Origin: Pocillopora damicornis
Lineage: Eukaryota
Assembly: GCF_003704095.1 (NCBI RefSeq)
Contig: NW_020847347.1
Location: 124,001-188,000 of the forward strand
Direction: 5' to 3'
Length of the DNA stretch: 64,000 bases
Positions 37,687 to 51,129 of this stretch are shown here, piece after piece. A program made the position numbers and the translations under genes. The notes under the pieces are model-generated. The model was not told the origin of the DNA, searched no databases, and worked only from the letters and a program-made list of their open reading frames with translations. How positions within the stretch are numbered: the stretch's first letter is position 1; every line of letters begins with the position of its first letter.

Positions 37687-40330
37687 CACTAAATCAAATT
37701 AGTACTCTCCAATCTCGCATTTCACCATTTCAAAATTTCTATCGATTGGCTGTGAATAAATATGCTGCCCTACGGGCAAAAATTCTAAGTTCACCTAATT
37801 TCCGATGCCACATGAATAATTACTTGCAAACGAGACTTTATGACATAAATTTTAATCTGTATGAGAGCATAACCTTGAGTCTTCAGAAACGAAACAGAAC
37901 TAATATTCTTGGTATCGAGACAGACAATGACAAAATTCTCCAATGACGGGCTGGAAAGGCTTTTGAAGGTTTCAAGAATTTACTGTGTTGTTACAAAACC
38001 CACGGGATCTCCTTCTGTGTTCCTTCTGTCTGACGCAAAACATGCGAGGCGTAAGTTCGATTAAATTTGGCGTGCAAAAATAAAAAAGGTAATTTAAAAT
38101 ACTCGACATGATATAAAAACATTTTTTTAATATCAGGGGGATCACTTTCCCAGACCTTCTCGTTACTACAATATTAGGTATTACGCTTTGCCTCAAAAAA
38201 ATTTCATTTGGTTTTGACGTCCCGCTCTATTTACGTTCCTTGTGATATCGTCCTGTCACCATGGGCCCCGTTTAAACCGCTGATTTGATCTGCATCGGGA
38301 AAAGCTGCTATTAAACGGTGTAAATTCAACAGCCGTCAAATGAACTTCTTTTGTACTCAAACCAACGTCTCCAGTTTAGATCAATACCCATTTATTCAAA
38401 CCCCTTCATTCAAATTCAAATCAGACTTGCTTGAATAAGTCTTGTTTTAAAACAACAATTATTGAGCATTTTAATATCCAAATCAATAACTTGCGTGACG
38501 GCTATAAACAACATACTAGGTATCGCTTCAGTTGATAATCGCATCCTTGTAGAGTGGAAATTTTGATTTTTGTTTTCTCATATCAGGTGGTGCGGAAAAT
38601 TTGTTTACGTGTAGTAATTGAACTAATGCAGATTTATTTAACTTCCTGTATTTTGGTGGAAAATAATGGCATACAGTTCATTGCGATTGACAACCTTCTT
38701 GACATCACATCACTAGCAGATACCATTTCTTTTAAAATTGGATTCTTTACCGAGCATTTGAGCACAATCGTTTAACGGCATCTCGTGCTCCCTCTACGAA
38801 TATCAGAAATCTATAAAAATTACTCCATAATTTTATGAATTGGAAAAAAAATTATGCCGAATAAATAATGAGATAGTACCAAATATAACAAAACCTTTTA
38901 TACCAAATACGAGTTTCAATCGTCCAATTTAAAAAAAATGCATAAGCTTGTAAGAAAAATATATAGGAACAAATTTTGAGTATCAATGAACAAAATTCTT
39001 TTTTAGGTGAGAATTAAAGTCATCTTCTATGCAAATCGATCCAATTTTAAAGATTGCATGAAAAGGCGGCTAAAGATTAACGAAAAATTTTTAAACACGT
39101 TTGTTTTGAAAAAACTGCTGCGCGTCGAAGGACAAACCTCGCCAACCTCCTTCCTCTCGAACCGCCCCAAGACAACTATCATTTAGAAATAAACGAGGAA
39201 AGAAAAAGTGCTCCGGAGGTAAAACGACCCATGTTCAAGCCATCATTCTGGCCTTTTACAAACGACTTGGTTTGTTTAGAAACACAACTGGGACAAGCTA
39301 CTGTTGTAGCAAATCTGATCTATAATTCTATCACAGTTAGCAGAGAGAGTTTTTTTGTAAGCCGGCAAATATCAAAAGTGAAAACAGCGGTGTAGAAGGT
39401 TAGTTTGGAAGCTCCTGACCACTCACATCTTTTTTTTCTGCGACCACACGTGGTTACCAAATAAATGATTGGGAAGTTTAGATTGTTTAGAATAGTTCTG
39501 AATCTATAGAGATTAGCAGTGTAAGGTCAGAAAATTCATGACAATATGGTAAATCTTTGCAGTCGTTTTTTTCTTTAATTACTGCATTCTATTAACTACA
39601 ATAATGGTACCCTGGTAAATGATATTGGAAGGATTGCCAGGCATGAGCTTAAAGATTATTTTACAAAGAATTTCTTCGGGCGAAAATCATGCGGTTAAAT
39701 TTTAATATGTTTGTCTCTAAATTCGCGTAACTGGTTTGAATTTATTTATGACAAAGAAATGGAAAACTGCAGATCAGCACAGACTACAAAGGCCACCGAC
39801 CTGAAATGTGTGATAAGATCTAAAAGTTTAACGGCACTCTAATTTCCTAGGAGTTATTGGAAATGCGCGTGAGATGACAATATCGTACAGTGTATCAATG
39901 AAACCGGAGCCACCGAAACAAATAAGCAAAAAAGATGCAAAAGAAAAGAATAAAAAACAATCACCCACACGCAATTTAAATTTGCGAGCTTTCAGCCGTT
40001 TTCATGAATTGGTACTCCTACAACCCACTTGCAAGCTTTACGAATGCACTAAAAGCTTACTGATTTTAAAAAGTTAACCAACCCTGTAGTCCCATTCACA
40101 TCACTGGTCAAAGAGGCTAAGATCTTTTTTCGTACTCGATATTTAATTGGCTGGATTACAAGACACATCGGAGTATCTTGTCTTATTTCTGCCCTATGTT
40201 TTCGTATTGCATGATTGACCCTCAGTAAGTAGATCATCCCCTACTCTATAGAATCTGCTGCAAATCTGCGTAGAATTTACATAGTTCAACAGCCTAGCCC
40301 ACCACGAATCTCCCACAGCTCAGTTCAAGA

Positions 40331-40437
40331 GATTATAAACAGTTTATAATCCCTTGCTCAGTAATCTACCACCGTTCCGATTAGTACATCGGATCTTCGT
40401 ATGATCCGAAGTACTAATCGGAACGGTGGTAGATTAC
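40331..40437. repeat. Two adjacent palindromes: 10-bp perfect inverted repeat (40331-40351) and 35-bp-stem hairpin (40361-40437)
   Basis: GATTATAAAC-A-GTTTATAATC, then GTAATCTACCACCGTTCCGATTAGTAC(A)TCGGATC-TTCGTAT-GATCCGA(A)GTACTAATCGGAACGGTGGTAGATTAC with a single mismatch. Confidence 0.95.
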
Positions 40438-40980
40438 ACTCCTACAAGGAACACTCAGCTCGGAGTTCTTTCTTGCGACAGTTGGATTCATCCTCTTCTG
40501 AATGTCACACTACTAAAGGTGTCATTCTCTTGGCCGCCACTACAGCCACTGTAATTTTTATCGTCACTTAAACACAATCAAGTAATGTTCACAATCAATT
40601 TCACTCACACTATGCTCTGCACCTTATCAGTGATGCCCCCACCCCTCTTATTTGGTATGTAAAAAAAAGAAAGCCTGCCCTTAAAACATTAAAAAAGAAA
40701 AAAACCCTTGACTCTACATGATTCTCTGCACCTCCCACCAGTCGCGAAATTGGGATATGGGAACCCTTTATCAATGAAAGGCTGTAAAATTATACCAACT
40801 GGAGCTCCGCATTTATTGTTGGCTAAATCTATATTATTTACAGATAAAAAAAAATGTTTGATTTGTAGAGCAAGTCTTCTCTCTTGTTCCCGGAAATAAC
40901 TAATGTCGCAGTTTCTTCAAAGCATCATCGTTTTCTTTCCGCACAGACACGAACAACCTCCAGTCTGTCTCTTTGCAAAA

Positions 40981-43900
40981 CTATGGCGCGTGGAAGAGAC
41001 AGTTCAGTAACTCAGACACCAACAGAACATTGAGGCTGTTTCCTAGCAGGCGATATTGTTGTTTGATCGACAAAGACGAAGGGAAACCTGATAAAAGTAA
41101 ACAAAAAAGTGAATGACGGTATGTAAAGCTCCAAGTAACAATACGGCGACTTCAGTCCATAAGGGATCACAGTTTCTAAAATGGAAGGCAGTTGGTATTT
41201 GTATCATGTAAGTTAACCGACGACAAAAAAATAGGCGTAAAATGTATTCGGGAACCTATTAAAACAAGAAAGAGAGAGAGATGGTTGGCAAACTAATAAG
41301 ATACATAGCGAGCAATCAATAAGAAATGTTCTTGCAGGTATTCCGTCTAATAAATTATACTAGGATGAAGGCATGTAAATATAACGTTCCTTCGTTTCCT
41401 AAATCATTGACAATTTACTGCACTTTTTGTGAGTGCTTTGTGTTAGGTTTTGTATTCTGTTGTTGTCGCTGTTTTTTGGATGGGAAATAGAGACATAAGA
41501 TGCGTGTGCCATCATGATTGAAAGTAAAAAACAAATGATTGATAATACTCACGAAACTCGAAGGGGAAGCCATGCAGATTTGCCACCTCACGTGGGGTAA
41601 AATACCTCAATTTCAATATTGACAAAAGCTCTGCTTTTTGTTTATCATCTGTAAGATCCTGGTATCTTCTGAAGATATCTGAGTCCTACGAAGGATAACA
41701 AATGTCTGTTACATTGATACAGTCTTTCGTGATAGGAAGACGGTAACTTGGTCTGGATGCACCATAAACATCGTACATAAAGATCTTCGATCGCCAAAAG
41801 ATGACTTAGCTCTGTGTGGGAAACTGCCAATTTTGAAAGCGTTCGAATTACGAAAGAAACGATAGTTTTGTGTGTAATGTGATAATTGAAACGTCTTTCT
41901 TTTCCAGCAAACTCCTGCGCTAAAAATGAGTATACAAGAAAGTAAACAAAAAATCTTTGGACACGATTTTCGTGATAAACAAACATTAATTAACACCATT
42001 TAGTGTCTTTAGTTTCCCTTTGTCTCACTCCTACATGAGGAAAAGTCAATTCTCCAAAATCTTAATCAAACAATTCCATTATGATTTATTCCAATAACCC
42101 CATACTAAAATATTGCATTTCATAAGCATATGATGCATGACCTAAAGCATCGCGCTGAGAAGAGGAGAAGGGCAACCTATGAGAGGGAACACCATATTGT
42201 ATTGTATTTGAACAAATTCTGAGATTCAGTTCCAAGCGTTACCAAAGATTTTGTCCAAAATTGTGACCAAGTACGGTACTTGATTCGTGTGGGGCTATCG
42301 AAGTCACTGTTAAGGGTGAAATGTGTGGATACAAAATAACTGTTTCGTTCTTTGCTTTATCCTCTCTCTTTTCAGTTTCTTTCTTTAAGTTAAAATAGGA
42401 GGAGAAAGAAGTAACAGATGAAAAAAAATTTAAAGAAGAAAACTCACATCGATATTTGCCATTTTGAGCACTGAGCCAGTTCCTTCAGCATAATGTCCAT
42501 AACTATGCACAGGAAAAAAAGGGAGAAAAAAATGAGATTAATCGCAGTTTCAGCGAAAAGACGATGCATGGGGCATTAAACACGACATTTAAACTAAACA
42601 AAATACTATGGCCACTCCAAGTATACTTAGCATTCGAACCAGTTTTTCCGTACACCTTCAACCAGTTACATGATCTGATTGGCATGTAGAATGCATTCTG
42701 ACTGTGTGTCGTAAAACCAGAACCAAAGTTATCACAACGCCCGCTCACAACAAAAATAAATACAACAAGGACCCAATAAAACTCAAAGTAAAGACAAGCA
42801 AACTCAGTGACGCGCGGAAAAATGCAGGTTACCAAGCCGCTATTGGTTTATGTGTGGCACCGAGCTGATTGGTCGAAAAGAAAAAAGAGGTAAGTTTTCA
42901 AGACCAATCCAAGAGCTAAGTGAGGCAAACCTACGCATTCCCGGACTGCTAAAGAACAATTCAAGTTGATGGTCATGGTACGTGCTGGCTTTCCTTGTCT
43001 CTTTGCTTTTTGTGCTTGCTTTGTGTATTTGTTCCTTATAAAGATCTGAAAGTCAAAGGAAAATCTTGTAATTGTTGTGTTTAAAAACACTTACGCCTTT
43101 GTGAAGCAACAGGAACGCTCAGATTGAGGATTGACGATGTCTGTAAAGTAAAATAAGATAATAAACAGTTACAGAGCGTGGACAAGGCAGTAATATTTGT
43201 AAGACTGACATGTTATGTTTCTAGAAATTCATGCAAACAATGCATTCATAAGAAAGAGAAGGATGAAGAAAGATGATGGATGTATTAAGTGGCAGCTTAT
43301 ATTTTGAAGCTGAAAAGCTGAATAATTTGCGGTGAACATTGACATCTTCCCATGTGAAAAAAGGTTTCACCGATAAAGGTGTTTTCACGTATAGGCGGGA
43401 ACCTTTTGTAATCGATTTATGAAGACTTATTTTTATTGTAAGGTCATTAATTGATGAAAATTCACTGAAAACTGTAAAAAAAAACTATTCGGGCCAAACC
43501 GTTGATGCACTACGACCCATTAAATATCAGAGTTTGTCCCGGTCTCAATAGCATGAAAATCCTTGGTGTATACTGGTATGACGGGAATTGATGCTTCTTG
43601 GTTGCTTCATTCAATTCCCTTGTTGAACGTTATATTTGCTTGACCCTGCGAATACAATAATACCGACCGTCGCCGTGCTTGCGATAAGTCCGCTGCAAGT
43701 GAGTGTAATAATTTTGAGACTAAATCCACGTTAACCCATGATTTGCGTCATGATTTGTTTTTCTGAAGAGAGTAGTAACAGAAGACTATGTCTAGCTGTA
43801 ACATTAGGGACAGCCAGTTCTGGAAATGATTTCAGTTCTTTCTTTTCTTGAGCCCAGACAAAAGGCTAGATTAAGGTTGTAACTCCAGTTGCTGTTGTAA

Positions 43901-46900
43901 CAGCTGTGCTGTTCTTCTACATACTGTCATCCGCCTGAATAAGATGCCAGTCAATCACAGGTAAGCCTGAATAATTCGTTGCAAGTTGCGCCGACAGTTT
44001 GCCGGTTACTATTTATATTTCTGAGTGGAGAGAGCCTTTGTGAGAAGAAAGAAGAATTTGTACCTTTCCAAGAGCGAAACCCAGACTGCCCCAGTCAAGG
44101 CTCACTGCCGGACCTCTAGACTCGGATTCGAGCCCGTTGGCAAATGGGTATCCCACAGAACTTAAAAAACCGCTTTAACTAATCTTCAGTCATTACAGGA
44201 CGACGTTTTACTAAAGGATAAGCTTTGTCTCAATGTGTCATGCTCTTACCTAAAAGGAGTGCAAATTTACATAAAACCTTCTCCGGCAGAAGAAACTCTT
44301 CGAAGTAATTATCATCGTTACTATTCTCTAGGTAGTCACCAATTCGCCGACAATTTTTCAGCTCGTAAACTTGACTACTTGATTCCATTGCGAGTACTTC
44401 TGAACATCGTTCATTTCTTGTCCTAAAGCATTTCGAGCAGGCGGGGTTATGAGGTAATCTTTGATTCATTTCAACAGTGCACTCTGTCGCAGATGACTGC
44501 TTGTGATCATCCACATCTACTTCATACCCTGTTGTCATTGGGTCATTTCCACAACCACTGCATTGACAGTGACATCGATTTTCGGCATGGAGATACATGT
44601 CTGGAAAGCTCTCCATAATCTATCAAAGATAGAAAAACAAAGCTAGTCTTATTTGTCAACTGTCGACCAAAAAAAAAACCGTTACCGACTGTCAACTTGT
44701 GCCTCTAGTAGACATATTAGCTATGTAGGAGTGTGGTGAACGAGTTAAAATGGAGGCTATGGAGAAACATAAACAGCTGGTAGCAAGAACCGAATCGTAA
44801 CGTGAGACCTGTGTGCTTTGAGCTCCGTAACATAACCAGAGGTGGGTCTGTTCAAAGATTTTAGTCAAATCTTGTTGTAAATATACCGTATGTTGCTTTA
44901 ATGTGAAAAACTAACGTTCTAATATCAATTTTAGTATTCCAGAAAATGTCGCCATGGTGGTTAAAGCCTACATAAGTAGTTTGCAATCTGTTTACCTCAT
45001 TACGTGTTGGGAAGCAAAATCGAAGGGGTCTCCTCTTTGCCAAAAGATAGTACCTTAGACGAGAGTTGGGGATTCCGAACTGCAAATGTAACAGTGCAAC
45101 AATGTTATTAGATGTATACTAAATATACTTTACAGTTCTTTAATCCTTCAACTCCTACAAGTGACTAACATGTAACCTCTCCCTTTAATATCTGTATATT
45201 ATCCAGCAAACAGGTAATGAGAATACTCAAACTTATCAGGTAGAAGTTGTTATCATGATCTAACACCAAATTCTCATAACCAATTTACAGGGAAATGTGT
45301 TTGTAACCAGAGGGGAGAATAAAAAAGGTTACAAGTAGATGGCTCAGGTCGGGTCAGGGACTGGGGACTAAGGAGAAAGACAGGAGAATCGTGGAATACT
45401 AAAACATCCTGAGATAACTTTTTGCGTTAAGAGTTACTGGCTCTTGTCTACGTACTCAACACCAAACATTTTTAATGAGTTTGACATTTTTACACCCTCA
45501 TTATGGTACAAAAATAGCTTAAACATGATTTGAAAATACTGTCAGTAATTGAATACACCAAAAACTTTGGTCGGGCCTGATACAGAACTGAGCAAAAGTT
45601 GCAAAAGTAATGCAAACGATTGTTTAGTTCATAAACCCCTTCAGGCGGCTGACATGTCAGCTGATAATGTTCGCAGCTGAGAGATCGTCTGAAAAACGAA
45701 TATTTGGCCAAGAAGCAAAGATTCGAGGGCAAATGTGAAATTTTGAGGACAATCTCTAAGCAAACGAAATTTTCAGCCGACGACTACCAGCGAGCCAGAA
45801 GGGGTTTTATTTATCTTTTAACCCTGCCATTATTTTTCGTATAGCACGTTGACAGCAAAATTTTATGAAATTTGTTGTACTTTCCCGCGTAGCATTTGAG
45901 ATCAGCTTTCTAATGTCACTACCAAAATAAGTTCGTTTTTTCTGCAATGTAAAGTAATATAGATGAAAAAGTAAAACTCTTGAGCTGGCTTTCTTCTTTT
46001 CGACAGAAATAATCGAAGGGCAAACATCGACCTAAATGGCGATTGTTAACTTAAAGTCATAACTTCCCAGTGATTTTGTACCACGTGACAAAAGTTGCCA
46101 ATTTCCGAAGAAATTATTCATTCTTTTGGCATAAAACAATGCATACACTACCTGAACTGGAGACAATAAGAATTCCTATGGGAAAAAAAGGATGATATGT
46201 TGGCTGATATGATAATTACATGTTACCTGAGTATGCTCAAATATTAGAATTGTTTACCAAATTATTCAGCCTATGAAAAATAATCTAGATAGGTTATGGA
46301 CTTAACTTTAGCGAATCCTTTAACTCCCATGAGTGACCAAGACAGAATTTCTCCTCACAATATCGATACAATATAAATCAGACAAGTGATGGGAATACAA
46401 GAGAAAGAAAAGAGGTTCTGTAAATTATATTTTGGACTGGCAAAATGAAGTCAGTAAGTATTTATTATATGTGTACTTCTGAGTTCAAATAGAGGGCATA
46501 TATTTCACTTTGAAAAAACTTTGCATTTAGCTTGCTGTACAGTGACATATGGGCTGCTAAATTGACCTATTATAGCCCACTTACTTACTAAAAGACAACA
46601 GAGAAAAAACCATAAGTGAGTTGAATTTACGTTTTCAACCCAGTTGTTAACACTAAATTACCTGCTTCCTTTAAACCCACTAGCTATTCCATATGCCTTT
46701 TTCTTTTTACTTTAAACTTTAAGATGTTTCTTCTGTTAATTTGAGACCTGGCAGGACTAGGAACTTATTTTTGTTTCAAAATAGGTTTGCCAACTTCTAT
46801 GATTTTAGATGTATTAATACTCTAGTTTATTTACCATTATACAAAATAAGAATGCCTGTATATATGTACCTGATAATTATAACCACAAGTGTTTAGTGTT

Positions 46901-49900
46901 TCAAGAAAATACTCTCTGAAGAAAAAAAAAATAGTATGCCACGATAAACAACCATATCAAACAAAATAAACCACAATGCTTCCATACATGTAGGGGAAGA
47001 AGTGTAACTGAGTGGTTAGGGCACTGGTCTTGTAATTTGGTGCTCAAGCCCTCCATCCTGCTACTCACTGGACTTGTTCTTGGTTGCTACAAATTCAACT
47101 CCTTGGCTGTACTTTGTATATAGCCAACTGGTCAGTTGGGATATTTAAAACATTATCATCACGTTTATTTACAACATTTATGTCAATTTGTTTGTATTGC
47201 CCCTGCAAAGCCCCATTGTCAATTAATGTTATTATAATTATTATCATTAGTACTAAAGTATACTAGTAATTATCATTAATTTTAGAGTAATCTTTTATTT
47301 GCTCTAGTCTAAGAAAGCTGATAAATGGCAAGTCTCGATTGAAATTTTTCATTTTTTAAAATTTTCTCTCATATACATGTTAACACCATAGACATATAAC
47401 TTAATTTGATCATTCATTCGCTCAAAGGAAAAAGGCATTCAAAATTACCTAGTAATTACCTTGTATCTGAAGTTTCAAATCCTTTTACATTTTCCATTAG
47501 GATGTAGTCTGGCACTTTTGATAGTCTATCATTGAAAAAAAAAATAGTTACACAGTAGCCAGGCTACACTGAACATGCAGGCACTAACAATTTTGGAGGA
47601 TAGCTCTGCGTAATGACCTATATCCCACCAACATATTTCTTTTGGCAATTTTGTGTCACTGATTTTTAATCAAATAATCTTATTAAGCATACACATAACA
47701 ACTATATGAACTTACTGAGGTAGGAGTTCAAGAATGTGAAGAAAACTTCTTGATCTTGGATCACTGGATGCACCTTGAAGACCAACCCTAAAAGTTAAGA
47801 AAGCACCTCATGAATATTTCAGAAATAAAATACATTGTTTATCAGATCCCCCTAATCCCTAATCTACCAGAAAAGATCAAGTTGTGTATCATGGAAAGAA
47901 ACCACAAATTTATTACAAAAAGAACTGCATAAATACTAATGAAATATTAAATCCTTGCTGCTAATAAAACCTGAAAATTAACACATCTCATATCTAAACA
48001 GTTTGGCATTTTGAGTGCCAATTTTTAGGATTATATGGTTGAAACTCCAGATTCTCTTGTATGTCCATGTATGGTACATTTGCATTCATGTACAGTACAC
48101 ATACCTTGTAAATGGCTGACAAGGGGGTGACATCAGGAAAACATCAGCAGATAAACGATCCAGCTCCTTGACTGTAATGCCCTAAAAAAAATTAATGATA
48201 CACAGAATCTACTGTTCTTCTGTGAGGTACATAGATCGATTACAATGTAATTGTGGAGAGAAAATTCCTGAACTTAGTTTAGTTTCCAAAGTAAACATTC
48301 AACTGCAAATCCCTCATGCTTGACCTATAAATTAGGATTACCACCTTACAGATAATTTTCCATGCTCCTTTATCTTTTGAAGAGGGAAATGAAGGCACCT
48401 ACATTTGGTATTTTAAAGACAAGTTTATCATCATCTTTAAACAGCTATAACTCTATAAGACATCAGATAATCAGGAAAAGTCAGATATAAAATGAGGAAC
48501 TTCATTAATCTACCCCAGCAACTTAAAAACTTACTAAAAATTATGAATTAAAGCAATCTATTGCTTTTTCACACACTGCAGGCCTATTCTTTTCTGAGTA
48601 TCTAAAATGTGAGTGGAGTACACATCACTACTTTGGATAATTTTATACAGTGCTGCTTGCATGTACCACAGCATTTAACGTGCACTTGATGCGCCTGGGG
48701 GTACTGAAGTACATGTAAGCTGTACTGCATAAGCCTGGCATTTCAAAGATCTTAAACTGAAATCCACTGTCTTGGATATTTGATATCTAAAAATTTATTT
48801 TTCTCCTTTGGAAACAAACAAAGCCTAACCATAAGAAGCCGATCAGTTAGAGTTTCAGATGTCTGAAATAAAGCATCTTCATTCATCCTATCCAACTCGT
48901 TTGATTTTCTGATGCTAATGCACCTTGAAATCAACATACCAATCCCATAATACTGGAAATGTATCACTCTAAAGGTTACTTCTTGTGATTCATTGCAAAA
49001 ATATATCTAAAACGATGATTGGCTGAAATTTCTCTCCACTTCCTCTGGCACTTTCCAAGCATACAGAACATTTTACCACTTGTTATAAAATCATGCACAC
49101 TAACCTCTATATTCTTTTGCAGGAGTTTTGTGTCAGCAAAGTTTAATTGGTACACTTGATTTGCTGTGGTGTTGATCTCTAAGGCTGCATTTACTTCACC
49201 AGCAAACCCACATCCTGCAGGCATGAAAACAGGAACATTAAAGTTGTATTAGAGTGGAGATAGAACAACATGTAGCACATGTAGCAGTCACTTAATGTAT
49301 TTTAGCTCACCTGTAGAAAAAATTGTAATTACAAATAAAAGGCAACAGCACAAAAACCCTGGTCTGAAAGTCACATCTCAAAGAGATGTAAACAGAGAAA
49401 GGAAGCACAAGAAGCTTATCAGATATTCCAAGTGGTTTGAGAGAAAATTCTCTGAACAATTTACACGAAATGTTTTCCTTGTGTCCTATGCCTGAACGTC
49501 ACCAGATTTACTTGAGTGTAGATTTTGTAATTTATTTTATACTTTAAGCATCAAACGATCGCGATATGGTGAATTAAAACTGGTCATGATTACAATTGGA
49601 CACTTGAAAAATATCTTGTCAACATCTGATGATTCTTGCTTGACATTCATTCATTTTAATACACACAAGTATAAATCTTGAGTTTCTTCTTCCTTCTTTT
49701 CAATCCCTAAACACTTCTGCAGTTGTGAAGTTAACGTTTGATCAAGATGTTGTGAACGCTTTCATTTCGTCAACCATTGGAGGAAAACAGAGGAACTGAC
49801 TGACTGGAAGCGTGATGCGAGATGAAAACTACTGTGCCTGCAAATGTAAGAACCATTTTTGCCACAGCATGTTCATCTGAGCCAACAAAAAGAGAAGTGA

Positions 49901-50098
49901 CGATTCTGTTTTGATCAATTTTCTTAGAAGACGACACGAAAGGTGAGAGTTTCGAAATCACCTTAATTGATGGTGAGAACAGATTCAATAGTCGTTTTAA
50001 CATTACTGCTTTCTCTGAAATGTGTTACCTTTCAAAGCAAAGTGCATTCCACCGATTCCACTGTAAAACTCGACAACTCGAAGAGATTCGTCCGCCAT
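40981..50098 (-). CDS. TRDMT1: tRNA (cytosine-38-C5) methyltransferase DNMT2, ~419 aa, 13 exons
   Basis: Exons 50029-50098, 49105-49214, 48105-48181, 47716-47787, 47460-47525, 46870-46915, 46152-46175, 44996-45079, 44250-44619, 43095-43140, 42448-42502, 41553-41685 and 40981-41087. Motifs: I (EFYSGIGGMH), IV (MSPPCQPFTR), VI (ENVKGF), VIII (PNSRLRY), the DNMT2 signature CFTKAYGHYAEGTGS, IX (LRYFTPREVANLHGFP) and X (YRLLGNSLNV). Confidence 0.96.
46995..47145 (+). mobile_element. Degenerate tRNA-headed SINE fragment in a DNMT2 intron
   Basis: A-box-like GTAACTGAGTGGTTAGGGCACTGG followed by a non-tRNA body. Confidence 0.5.
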
Positions 50099-50102
50099 TT
50101 TG
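50091..50102 (-). promoter_or_regulatory. YY1-type motif (AAAATGGCGG) overlapping the DNMT2 start codon
   Basis: Plus strand TCCGCCATTTT matches the YY1 consensus CCGCCATNTT. Confidence 0.5.
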
Positions 50103-50570
50103 ATTTAATGTAGCCAGGCCTTACGTGCAGTTATGTACATGTCACGTAAACAACACAAGGTGTCCAAAAAAATCGGCAAAATGCCATTTAAACGTCAGCT
50201 TGTTTCCTATTCTTCATTTATTCATTTCTTTTCCTTTTCTTTCCGATTTGGTTTCGATTACGATATTTCATAAAATCATGCTTACATCTGAGAGCAGTTT
50301 GGTAAAATACGATGTTATGAAAATATCATTATCTTTGCCCGAAAATCATTCAGTTACATATGTTTCATTCTTTGGACCTCCAGATGTCCTCCCAAAAACT
50401 CACACTAACGGTGTTTGCGCCATTTTCTGTCAGTTCTTGGGATTAAGATAGATTAGATCCGATTCACCTACACATAGGGCATGGGAAACGAGTTTTAAGC
50501 CACTGAAATTAGGGACGTGCTTAAATCAAAAGCTCGCGAAGTTCGAGGCCTTCTCTCAATGTAATCAATC

Positions 50571-50604
50571 GCTCTGACGAAGGGCTAACGTTCGAAACGT
50601 CAGC
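50571..50604 (+). ncRNA. Minimal type-I hammerhead ribozyme motif (Penelope-like element type)
   Basis: GCU-[CUGACGA]-A-GGGC UAAC GUUC-[GAAA]-C-[GUC]-AGC. Stem I is GCU/AGC, stem II is GGGC/GUUC, and stem III is the palindromic ACGU. Predicted cleavage after C50601. Confidence 0.65.
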
Positions 50605-51129
50605 TTTTTTACCCTTTACGGTGGCTAATTTACGTTTTCAACTCAGTCGTTAACAATAAATTACCTGCTTTTCTCAATGTATATTTGTATCTTTGTGCAA
50701 TGTTACTCAAGCCAGTAAGACCTCCTCGGAAAATTTCAAAAACGTCTTAGCAAGGTTTTTGAAGTAACCTGGGTTCACCAAATTGTGTGAAGAACCACAG
50801 GCTACCCAGGCTCATGTCATGGAGCTTTTTAAGAAGAGAAACGGATTATCAACTCGTGATACTACGATATTTAGTTATATTTTGACAATTTAATCAACCT
50901 CCCTTGTCGCCTCGTTGCATTGTTTGTTGACATATCGGTTGTCATAGCTGCTAATTTTCTTTCAAGTACAGGTTGTCGATAACTCATTGAGCTGTGCTGA
51001 AACCTCTCAAATTAAAATAGTCAGTCAACGTTATAGCCAAGGCGAAGCAATTCCTGTCGAGCTACTAGTAACTAATAGAAAGTAGTGCCAAAATAAACCG
51101 GCTCAGTTTCAGAGACAATATCGATGAGA

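Noticed and set aside
49770-50003. 77-aa ORF in DNMT2 intron 1
   Set aside because: No motif, domain or splice support; compatible with chance.
25034-50098. ADAR and DNMT2 as a functional RNA-modification operon
   Set aside because: They are on opposite strands, separated by a receptor gene, with no shared regulatory signal. Proximity alone is not evidence in an animal genome.
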